NCBI RefSeq assembly: GCF_003918875.1
Contig: NW_025767401.1
Coordinates: forward strand, 1,240,001-1,304,000
Reading direction: 5' to 3'
Origin: Haliotis rubra
Taxonomy: Eukaryota
Length of the DNA stretch: 64,000 nucleotides
Below the pieces are notes generated by a model. The model was not told the DNA's origin and did not search any database. It saw only the letters and a program-made list of their open reading frames with translations. Shown piece by piece: positions 1 to 10,613 of this stretch. Both the position numbers and the translations under genes were made by a program. How positions within the stretch are numbered: position 1 is the stretch's first letter; the number at the start of each line of letters is the position of its first letter.

Positions 1-676
1 CCCTACACAGAAGACTTTGAAGGTAGATCTTATTTCTGTTATGTAACCATGGTAACTAACGACTTCATCTTGAACTATTAGTTGAATTTGGTTTCATTAA
101 CTGCAACTGGTTCATAACAAATTCGTGTCACAATTTCATGAATATTTCTGTTTCATATTTACATTTTGTATGGTAGCACAATGATACTTGTCACTCTCAG
201 TGAACCCTTTTATAAAGCATTGTAACAGTACAAAGACAGAATGTTCTAGCGAAGACTATTATAGTAAATGAAGAGTCGGATCTATAACTCAGGAAGCATT
301 ACCTTACACTGTCTAGTACTTGAAGTAATTTTATCACTTCTGTGTCTTTCGCGCTCACATGATCTTATTTTACATGGCATATTATCATTTTATAGATTCT
401 AGTGTTAAACTTCAGCTGAATCACAGCGGTTAAAACCTTTTTCTTCACTGTACCTTATGTTTGATAATGACTGGGGAATGGTTTCTTTGAACATCTGAGG
501 TGTGCTGCTGTTTGTTTACAGTGTTGTGTCCCTTTCATATGCCAGGATGAAATGATGATAGGTTGAATGCTAAGTTCAGCCTGTTTATGGCTGTTAGTTG
601 CTAACCACCATACCTGTGCCTGTAGGTTTCAGCAATGCTGTAAACACCTAGGACTGGCTTCACTCCTGGCTTTCCT

Positions 677-826
677 GGGCGGTGGGGTGGTCCAGTGGTT
701 AAAGTGTTCGCTGGTCACAATGAAAACACGGGTTCAATTCCCCACATGGGTACAGTGTGTGAAGCCCAGTTCTGGTGTCCCCGGCCATGATATTGCTGCT
801 CAAAGTGGCATGAAACAATACTCGCT
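677..826 (+). mobile_element. tRNA-derived SINE family 1
   Basis: A/B-box-like head GGTGGGGT.GCC.AGTGGTT...GGTTCRATTCCC; shared body CACATGGGTACA.TGTGTGAAGCCC. Confidence 0.85.
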
Positions 827-1104
827 ATTTCTACTTTCCTCCTGCCTAGCTGACTGAGATACTGTTCCAAGCGGCGTAAATCCCACCTCGCTTACTGGTG
901 AATACTCCTGTCCAGTGTTGAAGGTGCTGTCCCTGTCCTGATCCTGAATTTTAACCTGCATGCTATGTGTGCTTTGATATGCATGCTTAAATTGTCTTCC
1001 TTACAGCTTCCAAAATAATTCCCCATTGCCATTGTGTCTCATTGAGTGTGCCATACACCGGTTTACATGTGAACCCCTCTTCTACTCTTCCTACTATTGT
1101 TTAG

Positions 1105-1279
1105 GCTATGAGATCTTTATGGAGCCTTACGACCTTGCTCAGCAAATGGGGGTGTTTGAGGTTGCACAGGATGATGCCTCCAACAAGGTGATGAGGCAGA
1201 AAGTGTTAGCTCAGCCTGTGGTGTGGTGTCAAGCTGAGAGCCTGAAGATATCACTAAATGTCATTGGCTCTCACAACTG
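1105..1279 (+). CDS. GALC: GALC copy A exon 14a (alternative), 175 nt
   Basis: ttag|GC...TG|gtaag; YEIFMEPYDLAQQMGVFEV...MRQKVLAQPVVWC...VIGSHNW; phase 1 to phase 2. Confidence 0.88.
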
Positions 1280-1314
1280 GTAAGAAGGATACAGTGCCAG
1301 GCTCTCTTCAGCAA

Positions 1315-2432
1315 CCAGGGTGTTCATGACAATCTGTAGCCAGGGTGTTCATGACAATCTGTAGCCAGGGTGTCCATGACAATCTGTAGCCAGTGTGTTC
1401 ATGACAATCTGTAGCCAGGGTGTTCACAGCAATCTGTAGACAGGGTGTTCACGACAATCTGTAGCCAGGGTGTTCATGAGAATATGTAGCCAGGGTTTTC
1501 ACAACAATCTGTAGCCAGGGTGTTCATGACAATCTGTAGCCAGGGTGTTCATGAAAATATGTAGCCAGGGTGTTCACAACAATCTGTAGCCAGGGTGTTA
1601 ATGACAATCTGTAGACAGGGTGTTCACAACTGTCTGTAGACAGTCTTCACAACAATCTGTAGACAGGGTGTTTACAACAATCTGTAGCCAGGGTGTTCAT
1701 GAGAATATGTAGCCAGGGTGTTCACAACTGCCTGTAGCCAGGGTGTTCATGAGAATATGTAGACAAGGTGTTCACAACAATTTGTAGACAGGGTGTTCAC
1801 ATCAATCTGTAGCCAGGGTGTTCATGACAATCTGTAGAGAGTGTGTTCACGACAGTTGGTAGACAGGGTGTTCACGACGGTTGGTAGACAGGGTCTTCAC
1901 AACAATCTGTAGACAGGGTGTTCACAACAATCTGTAGACAGGGTGTTCACAACAATCTGTAGACAGGGTGTTCACAACAATCTGTAGACAGGGTGTTTCC
2001 AACAATCTGTAGACAGGTTGTTCACGACAGTTGGTAGACAAGGTGTTCACATCAATCTGTAGACAGGGTGTTCACAGCAATATGTAGACAGCGTGTTCAC
2101 ATCAATCTGTAGCCAGGGTCTTCACAACAATCTGTAGACAGGGTGTTCACAACAATCTGTAGACAGGGTGTTTCCAACAATTTGTAGACAGGGTGATCAC
2201 GACAGTTGGTAGACAAGGTGTTCACATCAATCTGTAGCCAGGGTGTTCACAACAATTTGTAGACAGGGTGTTTCCAAACAATTTGTAGACAGGGTGTTTC
2301 AAACAATTTGTAGACAGGGTGATCACGACAGTTGGTAGACAAGGTGTTCACATCAATCTGTAGCCAGGGTGTTCACAACAATTTGTAGACAGGGTCTTCA
2401 CAACAATCTGTAGACAGGCTGTTCACAACAAT
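1315..2432. repeat. Minisatellite, 25-bp unit, ~45 copies, in the intron between exons 14a and 14b
   Basis: Unit TGTTCA(T/C)(G/A)ACAATCTGTAG(C/A)CAGGG. Confidence 0.95.
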
Positions 2433-3873
2433 CAACAACCATGACAATAAACTGGTGTTTACAAGAATTTGTGCATAATATGTAGTGTGTTTAATGCTTA
2501 CTGAATTGTGATTATTTTGATACTAGTGAAATTTGCATGGAAAATAAACAGAACTTGACCTTCTGTTTTGTGGAATTCGTATTATGTTTTGAGAATTTGA
2601 TCAACTTGTTACTGATGTGTTGTTACTGATGCACCTGTTGAGTCTGTTGTATGAGGGGAGATGTACAAGGACCAGAGCATGCATGACAAGCTCTGTTGTT
2701 CTGAAGTTCAGAAACAGATAAAGGACCCATAGCTCAACAATCCTATTGCAATGCATGCTGACAAATGTCATTTGAATGCTGTATTTATTTACTGAGCCAG
2801 TTATCTAAGTAAGTCAGCTTCTGTTAGTATACATTTACCTCCTATTATGAGGATTTTCAGAATAAAATATGAACTGAATTTATTTGTTTCAATAAATGAC
2901 ATACAGTAAAGGCAACTAAACAGCATATTTTGTGCTTAAATATGATCCAGGGAAATTCAGGCAGGAACATTTTATGTGTGCTTCATTTAATTTGCATGTA
3001 AGGCAATGTCTGTATCAAACGTCGTCCAGAGAGTTCATTTCTGAATATGCCATGCTTTTCAACAGTAATAGGCACTTGTCTCTTCCACAATTGTCACATG
3101 TCTCTGTTGATTTGCATGATTTCATTTCGCTGACTAATGTTAACAGTTTGATTCATGTTAGTTTCACAGTATGACCTTAACCTCCATGTCACCTTTGCTT
3201 TCACACTCCGGCACAGCGATGACTAACATAACATCACTGCCACAGGCTAATTTGCATATCACGTGACCGGACTTTTCTCTTGTTTGTAAACAAACGCGCA
3301 TATTCATAAGAAGAAGAGACTGGACACATGAAAGCTTTTCGGCGCTCTCTTCATAATGTTTTACATTGTTACATATATATTCTTCCACAACTGCGACAGT
3401 TAGGTCTATGACAGTACATATTTAGATATCAAACTGGCTGCATCGTTTGCTCTCCATCAGCTTTGATGACAGCACGTGGAGCCGTATAACCTATGTAAAC
3501 AAAGGATCGCTTCGCAAATCGAAATAGTGTTACACGTTTTTTTATATTTTCTCAGTGAAACTAAACTATTCTATTAAAGATGTTTAATTAGATGTGTAGA
3601 CTCGTCAAAAATAAAAGAGTAAAAGAAATCTGTACATTATATTGAATGGACATTGCAAGATGTGACAAATCGTCACATTTTTCTGGCCTGTGGCAGAGGT
3701 ACTATGCTGGCTTGCCACACAGAACTCTGGGTAAGAGAGTGCTTTGCTTTGTACCCTGTTCTACTACTGATGCTTGACAAGCAACCATTGTGCTCTCACA
3801 GAAGTTGATGTACACACACTGTTCTTCAATACAACTTCACCTGTCAGACCTCACACCCTTCGTACAAAGATTA

Positions 3874-4062
3874 GGGGAGGTGGGGTAGCCTTGTGGTTTA
3901 AGCTTTGCTCGTCAAGTGGAAGACTCAGGTTGGATTCCCCACACAGGTACAATCTGTGAAGCCCATTTCTGGTGTTCGCTGCAATGATATTGCTGAATTA
4001 TTGCTAAAAGCGGAGTAAAACCTCACTCACTCACTCACTCACTCACTCACTCACTCACACTC
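3874..4062 (+). mobile_element. tRNA-derived SINE family 1 with (ACTC)n tail
   Basis: Same consensus. Confidence 0.88.
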
Positions 4063-4208
4063 ATGACCATTATGTTTCGGCATGCTGACACAAAACAATC
4101 TTAGCGTAAGGTGACCCTAAGTACTATCCTTCACTGTAGGGTTATGATGATTGTGGCAGTAAGATTGTCCTACCTGATGGTAAGTGCGATGTCTGTTTGT
4201 CTCCCCAG

Positions 4209-4386
4209 CATACCGCGAGCAGGAAGAACCCTTCAACCTGGTACCACAAGTCGGGTGCTTTGAAGTCCACAATACCTCTGACCCTACCCACCGTCAAGTG
4301 ATGAGACAAGTCGTACTCTCCGCACCCATTGAATGGTGCCCCATAAACCTAGACTTTCCCATTACCATAGGGGGGAACTCCAACTG
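4209..4386 (+). CDS. GALC: GALC copy A exon 14b (alternative), 178 nt
   Basis: ccccag|CA...TG|gtgcgt; YREQEEPFNLVPQVGCFEVHNTSDPTHRQVMRQVVLSAPIEWC...GGNSNW; phase 1 to phase 2. Confidence 0.88.
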
Positions 4387-4612
4387 GTGCGTGCATGTTT
4401 TTACAGTATGTGTGAAAGTGAAGGGATATTCTTGAGCAAGATGTATTTTCTTACTATGGCAGTTACTCTACGGCAGTTCTAACTGAAGGAAGTATCTGTA
4501 GTAGGACTAATTCTGTGACTGTGACTGCACACTGGGAGAGTTGAAAATGACTAGATGAACTGACATAGGAGTTGGCCTGAGTGTGAAGGTTGAACACTTG
4601 TGAGGTTGAACC

Positions 4613-5148
4613 CGTTCTCTTCCCACAGAGGTTACTTGTCATACCTTCCTACGAACCTCTGTTCTAATACAGCCCTTTTGTGGTGCGAGTGTTCAGGATT
4701 CATGATTGGTTGCAATCAGATTTAGTTGTGCAATCAGCGACATTTCAAAAGTGATCATTCGCAAGGGCTCGGTTTTTTCCTTATGGTTCAGGAAAACTTG
4801 AACCTCGTCCCCTGCGAGATGCGTGAACATTTCTTCTAGACGGAACTCAGTCACGTAATAGCGGATCAATGGCGTCTCTATCGCCCTCGTTGACAACGGT
4901 CAAGCTAGCCATTAAATGTCTTGTGTGTCAAATCAACACAAGTCCCCGACAGGGGAGGGATATTTGGATCTTAGTCAAGTTGGATCTAAGTCAATGTATT
5001 ACGTGTTCAGATTGGATAGAAAGAAGGGAGATACTTCATGTTGTGATTTTTTGCCGCTAGGGGATTTTACGAGTACCGGAAAATATGGCCATATTAGAAC
5101 AGAGGTTCGTAGGGAGATATGACAAGTAACCTCTGTGGGAAGAGCATG
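4613..5148. mobile_element. MITE with ~60-bp TIRs and 9-bp TSD (MULE-like by TSD length), copy 1
   Basis: TIR C(A/G)TTCTCTTCCCACAGAGGTTACTTGTCA...; TSD GGTTGAACC at 4604-4612 and 5149-5157. Confidence 0.9.
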
Positions 5149-5758
5149 GGTTGAACCATACAGTTTAACATCAATCAAGTGGTATCATGCCTATCATAAC
5201 ATACCTTACTAACTGTAGCTATGTACCCCACCATGATAGCACTGCAGTACCGATAAAGACAGCATGAAACCATATCTACTCACTCACTACAGCTCTGGAT
5301 CATGCCATGGTTGTTGGAGAATACCATCTTTCTGTTGAATGGACATGCTCACAGGAATAGCCTGTCTGTACGTAACACGTCTGCACGTAACCTGTTTCAT
5401 TCACATAGTTCTAAGTGCAAGAAAAAGTATATGAAATATGTACTGAACCTTTTTGTCACTAAGCTCCCCTCACCATCTTTCCTCCCCAACCACCCAGCCA
5501 CCCAACACTCAGGTAAATGTTTTAAGGTTCCACCCAGCCACCCAACACTCAGGTAAATGTTTTAAGGTTGTGCTGGAATTTACCTACCAGCACACTATGT
5601 ACTTGAAATCATTAAGTGGCTGGGAGATAGCAGCCGATGGAAATATATGTGACACAATAATTGTAATGTCAAGGGTCAACGTCATCTCCAAGATCATGGA
5701 TTGAAAAACCTACAATTACTCAAAAGAATTGCTGTACATGACTTGTCAGATCATTGGT

Positions 5759-6248
5759 CATGAGTGAGATAAGCTACGTATCTGGGTAAAACACTTATAT
5801 AAAATTTCCAATTACGCATTGAAAAATAATTGTTGCGTACCAATTACGCATTAAAAATGTTAGATACGCAAATAGTTTAAAACAAATGCGTACGGAATAT
5901 ATTTATAAAAATTGCTTGCGTAATGAAAAAGACATCGATTGCTATCAAGTTGAACTGTTAGTATAGGACAAGTGTTGTACTGTCAGTATAGGATGAGTGA
6001 TTTTTTATGAAATCATTTCCATTATATTTAAGTTGGTTTTCATTAGGTATGAGATAAGGCAGAACATACCTGCTTAGTAAACTTACTCAGTCACATAATA
6101 CTTAGGTGAGTAAAATGACTGAAATACGCACATATTTGAAGCAGTGGGTAACGGAAAATGAAATACCCACTCAACATTCATAAAACCCACTCCAAAAAAA
6201 TACAGTGGGTACAGTACCCACATGAGGTAAATCTTATCTGGAGCTCTG
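5759..6248. mobile_element. Possible decayed hAT-like element
   Basis: Ends CTTATCTGGAGCTCTG, weak match at the left end, many TACGCA/TACCCA subterminal motifs; no clear TSD. Confidence 0.35.
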
Positions 6249-6539
6249 TATCATCAAGGTGGAGAACTGAGATTGTAAGGTTTCTGAAGAGGGTCATTGT
6301 GGTTTGAAAAATCTTGCCAGGTTGCTTGTCGAACTGAAAACATTTTGTGTCAGATCAACCTTTTTCATTATATCAAACTATAGACGAAACGCTTACAATG
6401 CCAGTTACAGCTGTCGCCCTGCAGTGTTTTGTGATTGACATTTACTGCGTAAATTCCTTTTTTGTACTGACTTAATGTCATTTGGTTTGGTGCATAGTTT
6501 TATTTTGTTTGAGTGGCATTCTAGAAGTTGGTGGTATAG

Positions 6540-6707
6540 AGATGACAAAACTTTATAGATTATCAACTTCTTTATTTTGACAATGGCGATGTTTCGGTAT
6601 AGATTCTTATACCGTTATACATATGCTTGAACACAGCATATGAATCTATACCAAAACGTCGCCATTGTCAAAATAAAGAAGTTGATCATCCATAAAGTTT
6701 GTCATCT
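6540..6707. mobile_element. Long inverted repeat resembling a Penelope-like element terminus
   Basis: ~70-bp arms containing stem-GAAAC(G/A)TCG...AATAAA; direct repeat TGCATAGTTTTATTT at 6491 and 6707. Confidence 0.5.
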
Positions 6708-7745
6708 GCATAGTTTTATTTGATGTTTGTCATTGAGATGCTTGGAAACGTCTCTTTTAAGAAGTCTGAATACAATATACAATATAGTGAATGCCTTGTC
6801 TGTCCTTTCATAATCATTTCATCGGAGCATACGTAAAAAGGCAATCAATATTTTTCAACAGAAATTGGTTGATACATCAGGGAAAACCTAAAGTGGTTTT
6901 ACGATTGTCATTTATTTTGGTATTTTATTTTTTTCGATTTCCATGGGAACAATTTGGACTTGGTCTCAAAAAGGGGTGCATTTTGTTTCCAGAGATCAAC
7001 TGGAAAACCATCAAAGATTTTTCATCCAAACCTTGCACATGTATTAACCAAGGGTGGAAGTGGTGCCTTTTTTCCTTTGACATTGATATTTGTGTGTACC
7101 TGACATAAGAAATACAAAGTTACGAATCCCATTTCATAGTTATTGTTTTGACAGCTCAATATCTTCTCTTGTATACAGGCGGACAGATTAGAAAGAAATT
7201 TTATCATCAACTTAGACTTTAAGTAACTGTCAGACGATTTATTCTTTCAAATCTTTTGGGGCCGAAGGGATTTGTCATCTATTGATCACTCTTGTAGTTT
7301 AACAGTTGTGGAGGTAGCACTATGTTTTATCTATTCTTAGGCCGAACATTTATTGTTGCATGTCACTGGTTGCTGAAGTGAATCTGCAGTATGTGTACAT
7401 GTTTTGTCATTTATCTAGATGTGCCAGTATTTAATTAAGTTTCAACTGAAATGAGTATGTAGATGTCTAATATTTCACATGAAACCAGTGATTTAGATAG
7501 TAAGATTTAGTTTGTGCATTGTGAACCTAAAGAAAGGGAAGAAAAGCTTTGCCTTAAATTACATTATTGTGATATCATTCAAAAATATAAATCTTTTAAC
7601 GTCACACTGATGAAAAAGCATGTTCTATTCAGATGGTTATCAATAAGGGAGCAGACCTGTTATCTTCTGTATTTTCCTGAACATTTACATGTGAAGGTCA
7701 TTTGACAATTAAAACTCTCCAAAAGTGCTTTGAGTTTTATAGTTA

Positions 7746-8014
7746 GGGATCGCTCATAATTTATGGCTAGGGGGTGATGATGATTTGGGGGGCAGGGGGT
7801 TCCACCCATTTTTGTTCGAGCTAGGGGTCAGTAATTTTGTACATAAAAATATGTTTAAAATTATGCTTAAAAATTATGGGAAGGGGGGGTCATTGATTTT
7901 GTACATGACATGCAGGGGGTACTTATTTTATACATAAATTGTAGGGGGTCATTCAAATTGTACATGCTCTTCTTTTTTTTTCCCCCACCCCAGGCATGAA
8001 TTATGAACGGTCCC
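7746..8014. mobile_element. PIF/Harbinger-type MITE
   Basis: Imperfect ~30-bp TIR beginning GGGA, TTA TSDs. Confidence 0.75.
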
Positions 8015-8195
8015 TTAGTAAGAATTTTTTCATTTGAATGTGAATATTGCTATTTTGCTAATAGTTCCCTTCCATTATTTCATTTGATTATGCTATGTGG
8101 ATATATATAGTTCAGGTATGTTTATGAAGTTACTTGATGTAAGTAAACTGATGCTTCACACCATGTCATGTGGGTATTGATGATGGTCTCTGCAG

Positions 8196-8365
8196 GACTG
8201 ACATCTATGCTGAGGTTGACGTCAAACTGGGCGAGGTCAATGGAACCAACGGCGTGTTCGTAGCTGCCCGAGTGGACCAGGGAGGCTGTAATGCCTTCTC
8301 CTCCACAGGAATATTCCTGTATATCTTCCCCAAAAAAAACAACTACATTTTGGCCAATAACCTAG
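8196..8365 (+). CDS. GALC: GALC copy A exon 15, 170 nt
   Basis: tgcag|G...G|gtgag; TDIYAEVDVKLGEVNGTNGVFVAARVDQGGC...ILANNL; same length as exon 15 of B and C. Confidence 0.93.
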
Positions 8366-8559
8366 GTGAGTTCATGGCCAAGATTCCCCGTCTCTTTACT
8401 CTGTCTGGATCATGAGCTTTGTATGTAACGAGTAACTCAAGTTTGTTAATAAGATGGGGTTAATTGTAATCCAGTGTAGCAATCTGTATACTGGCTGGTT
8501 GTGTAACATCGGTCCCATTGAGCAGGGATTGTTTTTCATGGTATCAACCATTGGTTGGA

Positions 8560-8788
8560 CTCCTTCAGACTCAGCCATATTCCAGCTATATGATGGCAGT
8601 CTGTAAACAATCGAGACTGGACTAGGCAATCCGGTGATCAACAGCATGAGCATCGATCTACGCAATTGGGAACCATAGACATATGTCAACCAAGTCAGCA
8701 AGCCTGACAACCCTATCCTGTTAGTCGCCTCTTACGACAAGCATGGCTTAGCGAAAGCCAATATTCTAACCCGGATCTTTACTGGTCC
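8560..8788 (-). mobile_element. SINE family 2 (Meta-domain-like core)
   Basis: CATGCTTGTCGTAAGAGGCGACTAA core; GCTGGAATAT tail. Confidence 0.8.
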
Positions 8789-9046
8789 ATTAGGAACATT
8801 GTCGCATATTACACACTGCTGATGCTGATGAAAGAAATGTCAAAATATTCTTCGTAAATATATCATCAATGCTCATTAGAAATACTACATACAAACATAT
8901 TTATCAACTACAAAGGAATTAGTGCAATAACGTACTGACATTATGATTTTATAACATGTTTTCCTTTGCTTGTTATGTGAATAGATGTTTAAAAAGAATT
9001 TTTAACACTATCATTTTCACTCATTTCTATTACTTCCCGACTGCAG

Positions 9047-9144
9047 GTCGAACATCGGTCATCACCAGCGGTCAGCTGGGCGAGGTGGAGTCCAGCTGGA
9101 ACAAGGTGTCACTCATGGTCAAGGATGCGTCACTCATGGTCAAG
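9047..9144 (+). CDS. GALC: GALC copy A exon 16, 98 nt
   Basis: ctgcag|GT...AAG|gtatgt; RTSVITSGQLGEVESSWNKVSLMVKDASLMVK. Confidence 0.85.
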
Positions 9145-9228
9145 GTATGTCACTCTGATGTTCACTGTACTGTGTGGCAGCTGTGTGTCCTGTCACACAT
9201 ACCCTGGTTTATATGTACTGTATTCCCA

Positions 9229-9397
9229 GGGCGATGGGGTAGCCTAGTGGTTAAAGCATTCACTCGTCATGCTGAAGGCCTGGGTTTGATTCCCCACATG
9301 GGTACAAGTGTGAAGCTCCTTTATGGGGTCCCCCACTGTGATTTTGCTGGAATATTGCTAAATGCGGCGTAAAACTAAACTCACTCACTCACTCACT
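9229..9397 (+). mobile_element. tRNA-derived SINE family 1
   Basis: Same consensus, (ACTC)n tail. Confidence 0.88.
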
Positions 9398-9794
9398 GTA
9401 TCCCCACACGATCTCAGTAAACTGTAGATTCATGATGCTGAAATGTTTTATATGTATGCCTTGCGTGACCCACAGTCTAAATATTTAGATCATCTAAAGA
9501 TGAAAAGTCCTCATTTTTCACTCCTTCCACTGTATAGTGGTGTCGCTAAACAACTACAAGAAGTAGAGAGTAAAACAAGTGGGCATTCCTCACAGGAGTG
9601 TCAATTAAACAGTCAGCATGTGTAGAAATCTGTTGATTAATTTGAAAATTGTCATTAACAAGGGGTGATATAGATTCAGGATTGGGGCACATCATGTGAT
9701 TTGACTGAACAGACAAATTAGGAGAGTTTCGATTGTATGGAGTACAAATAGCGAGGATTGCTAATGGTCCTGAGTCATGCCTTCCTTTACTGCT

Positions 9795-10521
9795 GGGGGC
9801 GGTGGGGTAGCCTTGTGGTTAAAGCATTGGCTCGTCACACCGAAAACCCGGGTTCGAATCCCCACATGGGTACAATCATTCTCTTCCCACAGAGGTTACT
9901 TGTCAAATCTTCCTACGAACCTCTGTTCTAATACGGCCATATTTCCCGGTTCTCGTAAAATCCCCTAGCGGCAAAAAATCGCAATATGAATTATCTCCTT
10001 CTTTCTATCCAATCAGAACATGTGTTACATCGACTTAGATCCGACTTGACTAATGCAAGTAAAAATGGGGCCACAAATATCCCTCCTCTGCCGGGGACTT
10101 GTGTTAATGTGACACACAAGACATTTAATGGCCAGCTTGTCCGTTGTCAACGAGGGCGATGGAGACGCCATGTGATCCAGCATTACATTACTGAGTTCTG
10201 TCTAGAAGAAACATTTGCGCATCTCGCAGGCGAAGAGATTCTAGTTTTCCAGAAGCTTACGGAAATTACCAAGGACTTGGGAATGATCACTTTTGTCGCT
10301 GATTGCACAACTAAATCTGATTGCAACCAATCACGAATCCTGAACACTCGCACCATGAAAGGGCCGTATTAGAACAGAGGTTCGTAGGAAGATTTGACAA
10401 GTAACCTCTGTGGGAAGAGAATGGGGTACAATGTGTGAAGCCCATTTCTGGTGTCCCCCACCGTGATGTTGCTGGAATATTGCTAAAAGCGGCGTAAAAC
10501 CAAACTCAGACAGTCAGTCAG
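9795..10521 (+). mobile_element. tRNA-derived SINE family 1 split by a MITE (9795-9876 and 10424-10521)
   Basis: The two halves rejoin to the consensus after removing the MITE and one TSD. Confidence 0.9.
9877..10423. mobile_element. Same MITE family, copy 2, opposite orientation, inserted in a SINE
   Basis: Perfect long TIRs; TSD GGGTACAAT at 9868-9876 and 10424-10432. Confidence 0.93.
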
Positions 10522-10613
10522 TCCTTTACTGCTTGTTGCCTAGTAACCTTCACAATGCTGCGGAACTTAGATAATCCACATGGACTCATTAAAATGTCAT
10601 TTTTTGTTTCCAG

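Noticed and set aside
677-750. tRNA-like sequences (also at 3874, 9229, 9795, 13260, 44600)
   Set aside because: They are SINE heads, always followed by the same body and microsatellite tail; not tRNA genes
2905-3640. Possible transposon remnant between exons 14a and 14b
   Set aside because: No matching termini or TSD found by eye; left unannotated
5490-5568. 40-bp direct duplication containing CAG|GTAAAT
   Set aside because: No upstream acceptor or GALC-like coding sequence; not a third exon 14 variant
9986-10372. 128-aa ORF inside the MITE
   Set aside because: No transposase motifs; the frame is not maintained in the second copy
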